A stretch of 64,000 nucleotides of DNA. Source: Minisyncoccota bacterium (GTDB lineage Bacteria > Patescibacteriota > Minisyncoccia > Phycocordibacterales > UBA2100). Made by a program: the position numbers and the translations under genes. Shown piece after piece: positions 60,248 to 64,000 of the stretch. The notes beneath the pieces are model-generated. The model was not told the origin of the DNA, did not search any database, and worked only from the letters and a program-made list of their open reading frames with translations. The stretch covers positions 267,605-331,604 of the forward strand of contig DATJXE010000003.1 of assembly GCA_035500505.1 (NCBI GenBank). Reading direction: 5' to 3'. Numbering within the stretch: the stretch's first letter is position 1; each line of letters starts with the position of its first letter.

Positions 60248-60865
60248 ATGGCAGGAGAGCTCAACGTCCTCGTACTGAATGCTTCGCTCAAGCACGGCGA
60301 CAAGCTTTCGAGCACCGAAGAGGTCACAAAGATGGTGCTCGATGAAATGCAAAAGACCTCGCCCATCTCTTCGGAAACGATACGACTTTCCGACAAGCGT
60401 ATCCCGGTGGGACTTGGCTTCAAAGAGAGTGACGACGATGAGTGGCCGGACATCGTGAAGAAAATAATCGCCGCCGACATCGTCATTTTTGCCACCCCCA
60501 TCTGGTGGGGCGGGCGTTCGAGCCTCATGCAGCGAGTCATCGAACGCATGGACGCCTTTGATGAGGAAGCGCATGTCGAAGGCGGCAGGAGCGTGCTCCT
60601 GAACAAAGTTGCCGGCATCGTTATTACCGGCAGCGAAGACGGCGCGCAGGCCGTCATGGCGGGCATTATGGAAGTTTTGTCATTTTTGAATTTCACGCTG
60701 CCGCCACAGTGTTGCACCTACTGGGTCGGGGAAGTTGGATTCGATCCCGCGACCGACCGCGAGCGGCGCCTCAAAAACAAGGCCGTCGGCGCGATGGCGA
60801 AAGCGACGGCGAGGAATTTGGTGCAGACAGCGAAGCTTCTCAAGGAACATCCGCTGACGAGTTAA
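60248..60865 (+). CDS. NAD(P)H-dependent FMN reductase/flavodoxin-like oxidoreductase
   Basis: Flavodoxin-like fold pattern LVLNASLKHG...; typical length. Confidence 0.75.
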   Translation: MAGELNVLVLNASLKHGDKLSSTEEVTKMVLDEMQKTSPISSETIRLSDKRIPVGLGFKESDDDEWPDIVKKIIAADIVIFATPIWWGGRSSLMQRVIERMDAFDEEAHVEGGRSVLLNKVAGIVITGSEDGAQAVMAGIMEVLSFLNFTLPPQCCTYWVGEVGFDPATDRERRLKNKAVGAMAKATARNLVQTAKLLKEHPLTS

Positions 60866-60894
60866 TAAAATCTGGATTTCTGCTAGAATGCGTG

Positions 60895-60918
60895 CGTCCG
60901 CCTGAGGCGGACGTTTTT
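60895..60918 (+). terminator. rho-independent terminator
   Basis: CGTCCGCC tga GGCGGACG followed by TTTTT. Confidence 0.75.
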
Positions 60919-60990
60919 GGGAGATCGTCTAATGGCAGTCGCCTCCACGGCGACCCGCCGCAAGGGCGGGGACAACTGTCCGCGTTACCG
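60918..60990 (+). pseudogene. degenerate 5' copy of tRNA-Gln with 34-nt hairpin-forming insertion in the D-loop
   Basis: TGGGAGATCGTCTAATGG (identical to the first 18 nt of the tRNA at 61008), then CAGTCGCCTCCACGGCGACCCGCCGCAAGGGCGG, then GGACAACTG (matches tRNA positions 21-29), then divergence; no 3' acceptor strand. Confidence 0.55.
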
Positions 60991-61007
60991 ATCTTCCGAA
61001 GAAACAT

Positions 61008-61078
61008 TGGGAGATCGTCTAATGGTAGGACAACTGACTCTGGATCAGTTAATCTAGGTTCGAGTCCTAGTCTCCCAG
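61008..61078 (+). tRNA. tRNA-Gln (CUG)
   Basis: TGGGAGATCGTCTAATGGTAGGACAACTGACTCTGGATCAGTTAATCTAGGTTCGAGTCCTAGTCTCCCAG; U1:A72 as in many bacterial tRNA-Gln. Confidence 0.85.
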
Positions 61079-62674
61079 CAGAGTTGGACTTTGAGAGCAG
61101 GTTTGCTCGAAAAGTCGTTGTTTTTCCTTGGTATCTATCGGTTCGAACCGTTTGTGTATCTCGCGCACCTCGTTTGAGATTTTCCTGACCGGGAATAGAC
61201 AGTTTTCCGTATCAATGCTCAGTATTTTGTTTTTGACCGTGAGGTTCGAACCGAGAGCTGCCAGAATGCTGCGACGCACCTCGAGGTTACCTTTCTCCAG
61301 CTTCCACTTCGCTTGTTCGATGAACGCGAACATCTCATCGGCTGTGTTCGCCCAACGCTCCACGCGCTCGGTCGTATTGTCGTAGTTGCTATCAAGCTGT
61401 TTCTTTTCGGCAAGTAGCTTCGCTTTCTTTTCCGCGTACTCCTCCGGCCCAATCTCTCCGGCGGCACGCATGTCGGTCAGGCCGTCGAGTTTTGCGAGAC
61501 ACGTCTTGTATGCCTTTTGTTGCGTTTGCACAAGCGCGTTACGTTGCTGGGCCTCTTTCGCATTCTGCTCCCTGAACCATTTCATCGCGAAGCTGTGGAA
61601 CTCCGGCGGGATCTCGAGCCGGTCGATCTCAGCGACGATTTGCTCCTTGAGTTTGGTTTCCTCAATACTACCTTGCGAACAGTCCGGCTTGATGCGTTTG
61701 GTGCAGTGATAGTAGACGTATCGGTGGACCTTGCCATTTTTCGGTCGCTTGAACTTCAGCTCGGCCGTGATAGCAGCACCGCACTCTCCGCAGCGCATCA
61801 TGCCGACAAAGTCGAACACATGAGTTTTTGGGCGCGGCCGGCCTTTGCGTCCGAGGATGACTTGAACTCGGTCAAACTCCTCCTCGGTGATGATGGCTTC
61901 GTGATTGCCGCGATACCAGTTGCCGGTCTTGAGCGGATACTCGAACATGCCATAGTAGACCGGGTTCGAAAAAAGATAGTACAGCGTGTTCCGGCTCATT
62001 TTCTTGCCGTTCGGCATGCGGAAACCCCAGACCCCATTCACCTCATTCAAAAGCTGCGGAACAGTGTAGGTGCCGGTCAGCATCAAGTCCCACATCTTTC
62101 TCACGAGCGGTAGTCGTTCAGGATCGCTCAACAACTTCTTGCTGCCGCGGGGAGTATGTTTGTCGTTCATGTAACCGACCGGCGCGTGGTTCGGCACGTC
62201 GCCGAGTTTCGCTTTCTTTTCGAGACCGCGCTTCACGTCTAATCCTTTTTTGTCGTTCTCCATTTTGGCTTGGCCGCAGGAGAGCGAGAGCATGAACTTG
62301 TCTATCGGAGTGTTTCGGAACGTCTGGCCCGGCGTGACTATCTCGCGGAGTTTGTCGCGGTCCATGAGGTCGATGAGTAGTGCCGCGTCCATCGCGTTGC
62401 GTGAGAGGCGATCAGCGTGCCACACGATGATGCCTTGTATTTCGCTGCGCTCTATGGCGTGCAGCATGTCGGAGAACCGCGGGCGATGGTTCGCCACCTT
62501 GGCCGACTTCGCCTCGCTGAACACGTGCTCGCTTTTTATTTTCGCACCGAGCGACTTCGCGATCTCCTCCGCTTTGTCGGCTTGCGCGTCGAGTGAGAGC
62601 ACCTGCCGGTCCTCGCTTTCAGTGGACTTGCGGCAGTAGGTTCCGTATTGGAGTTTAGTAGCTGTATCCTTCAT
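61067..62674 (-). CDS. large serine recombinase
   Basis: N-terminal resolvase catalytic domain (YCRKSTESEDRQ...SLDAQ), recombinase domain, zinc ribbon (CGECGAAI...YYHC), C-terminal coiled coil; 3' end overlaps tRNA-Gln by ~12 nt on the opposite strand. Confidence 0.9.
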   Translation of the reverse strand: MKDTATKLQYGTYCRKSTESEDRQVLSLDAQADKAEEIAKSLGAKIKSEHVFSEAKSAKVANHRPRFSDMLHAIERSEIQGIIVWHADRLSRNAMDAALLIDLMDRDKLREIVTPGQTFRNTPIDKFMLSLSCGQAKMENDKKGLDVKRGLEKKAKLGDVPNHAPVGYMNDKHTPRGSKKLLSDPERLPLVRKMWDLMLTGTYTVPQLLNEVNGVWGFRMPNGKKMSRNTLYYLFSNPVYYGMFEYPLKTGNWYRGNHEAIITEEEFDRVQVILGRKGRPRPKTHVFDFVGMMRCGECGAAITAELKFKRPKNGKVHRYVYYHCTKRIKPDCSQGSIEETKLKEQIVAEIDRLEIPPEFHSFAMKWFREQNAKEAQQRNALVQTQQKAYKTCLAKLDGLTDMRAAGEIGPEEYAEKKAKLLAEKKQLDSNYDNTTERVERWANTADEMFAFIEQAKWKLEKGNLEVRRSILAALGSNLTVKNKILSIDTENCLFPVRKISNEVREIHKRFEPIDTKEKQRLFEQTCSQSPTLLGD

Positions 62675-62688
62675 ACCTTCATTATGCG

Positions 62689-63795
62689 CTATCTTCGCGC
62701 GAGAAGCCGCTCCAAAATCGCCCTCTCTGCGTCAGTGAGGGGATAACCGCTGCCTTCGTTGGCTTGATAGTCCTTGAGTTTTTGTACGATGCGAACCGCA
62801 TCCTCCTCGCTCATGCCGCCGTAACCGTAGGAGCCAAAGGTGGTAGCGATATTCTCGTGCCCGAGGTTCAAGCTGATGGCGCGTTTTTCCTCCTCGGTGA
62901 GGCGCGTTTTGCTCATCATGCTGACGATGAGATGCCGGAATGAGTGGGGGTGGAAGTATCGCACTCCCGCATCGTGACACCTTTTTTCGAAGATCTTGCG
63001 GGCGGCATCCGTGCCATTCCAAAACGCTTTTCCCACATCGTCTTTGCTGTATCGCACCGAGCCCGCGTCGTGCAGTGTTGCAGGAAAGATGGGATCGTTC
63101 GGGCCGTACCCTTTTCGTTCAAGATACTCGTACCACTCCACGAAAAAGCGCTCTGGGTCGTCCCACCCGATCGGGAAGAACGTCGTGAGTATCGTTTTTG
63201 AGTTTTTGGTGTGAACGCCGTCGCCGGGATTTTGGTGTATCAGTCGCTTCTCTTTGTCGAAGTTCTTCATTCGGAGCGAAATGATCGCGAAGATGCGGCA
63301 GCCGGTGGTGAGGGCAAAACTGATCATCGCACGGTCGCGCCTGTCGATCTCGTTCTTTATCTCGATACCCTCGATGATCTTCTTTGCATCGTCGAAGGAG
63401 GGCGTTGCTCGCGTCGTGCCCGCCCGAGCGATGCGGGCATCACCCTTCGAGAGGCGCAAAAACTCGATCTCATTTTTGAGCACCTTGTTGCGATAGTCGG
63501 GCTGGCCGGAGAGCCATGTAAAGAAGCGCTTGAGGCGGCGCAGGTAGTTGTATTGCGACACGAGCGTGAGTTTGCCCGCCACCGTTTTGGTCTCGCGGGT
63601 TTTGAGCCAATCTCGGAAAGAAGTCGCCGTGGTTTTGTTGAAGGAACCGAAGTCCTCGTTATCGGTGAAGGTCTGCCACTGGCTGATGGCTTCCGCGAAC
63701 TTACTGACCGATGCCGGGGCGAACCCTTCGGCCCCCCGAAGATGCTCAAAAAACTCTCGCTTGAGCTGCTCGTTTTTGTAACTTGTTTTTGTCAT
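62689..63795 (-). CDS. tyrosine recombinase/phage-type integrase
   Basis: N-terminal SAM-like core-binding domain; catalytic R...HxxR...Y pattern (HPHSFRHLIV; GHENIATTFGSYGY). Confidence 0.9.
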   Translation of the reverse strand: MTKTSYKNEQLKREFFEHLRGAEGFAPASVSKFAEAISQWQTFTDNEDFGSFNKTTATSFRDWLKTRETKTVAGKLTLVSQYNYLRRLKRFFTWLSGQPDYRNKVLKNEIEFLRLSKGDARIARAGTTRATPSFDDAKKIIEGIEIKNEIDRRDRAMISFALTTGCRIFAIISLRMKNFDKEKRLIHQNPGDGVHTKNSKTILTTFFPIGWDDPERFFVEWYEYLERKGYGPNDPIFPATLHDAGSVRYSKDDVGKAFWNGTDAARKIFEKRCHDAGVRYFHPHSFRHLIVSMMSKTRLTEEEKRAISLNLGHENIATTFGSYGYGGMSEEDAVRIVQKLKDYQANEGSGYPLTDAERAILERLLARR

Positions 63796-63839
63796 GATGC
63801 GGTTTCTTGGGTTAGTTTCGGATAACGGACATTCAAGTG

Positions 63840-63986
63840 CTATGGCGGAGTATCAAATAGTCCTTTCTGGTGGGGTTTGATTGTCCTGCTCATTTTGCCG
63901 CTACAGACACTGCAACGGGCTACTTTCCGGTCGTAGAGCGTCTCTGCCGAGCCGCGTTTTGCCAGTCGTGGTGCCTTGCAGGTCAT
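63840..63986 (-). CDS. small CxxC zinc-ribbon-like ORF (48 aa), possible regulator/excisionase of the element
   Basis: ATG...TAG ORF below the ORF-track cutoff: MTCKAPRLAKRGSAETLYDRKVARCSVCSGKM...; speculative. Confidence 0.25.
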   Translation of the reverse strand: MTCKAPRLAKRGSAETLYDRKVARCSVCSGKMSRTIKPHQKGLFDTPP

Positions 63987-64000
63987 ACAGAAGAACTGGC

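Larger units (their letters stand above)
61008..64000. mobile_element. integrated element (start) at tRNA-Gln: large serine recombinase plus tyrosine integrase; continues beyond the window
   Basis: The recombinase stop overlaps the tRNA 3' end; a tRNA fragment repeat lies upstream; two site-specific recombinases in tandem. Confidence 0.6.

Overview
High-GC (~60%), very gene-dense bacterial window. Gene content and organisation (many leaderless genes, short release factor, a large type IV pilus/competence cluster, many secreted peptidoglycan-binding proteins) are consistent with a small-genome Patescibacteria/CPR-like lineage, but this assignment is inference. Main content in order: two hypothetical genes, tmRNA (ssrA) and smpB, ftsH, pyrB, pyrC, malic enzyme, an unusual tRNA locus (an intact tRNA with anticodon UAU nested between the two halves of an interrupted paralogue), a NUDIX hydrolase, secreted PG-binding/PKD proteins, recG, DsbA/DsbB-like pair, PLD-like, GH15-like and VOC proteins. 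A ~2.2 kb low-GC island (HNH nuclease plus membrane proteins) abuts tRNA-Ser. A ~13 kb type IV pilus cluster follows (pilM-N-O, pilB, orphan response regulator, pilT, pilC, four tandem major pilins, pilD, four minor pilin-like genes), then ligA, gatCA, tRNA-fMet/Met/Asp/Thr with att-like repeat debris and palindromes, a MacAB-like ABC efflux system, prfB-ftsEX, pyrG and an IMPDH-like gene. At the window end, a tRNA-Gln (preceded by a degenerate 5' copy of itself) is followed by a large serine recombinase plus a tyrosine integrase, marking the start of an integrated element that runs off the window. No CRISPR array or rRNA was seen. Several tRNA coordinates may be off by 1-2 nt.
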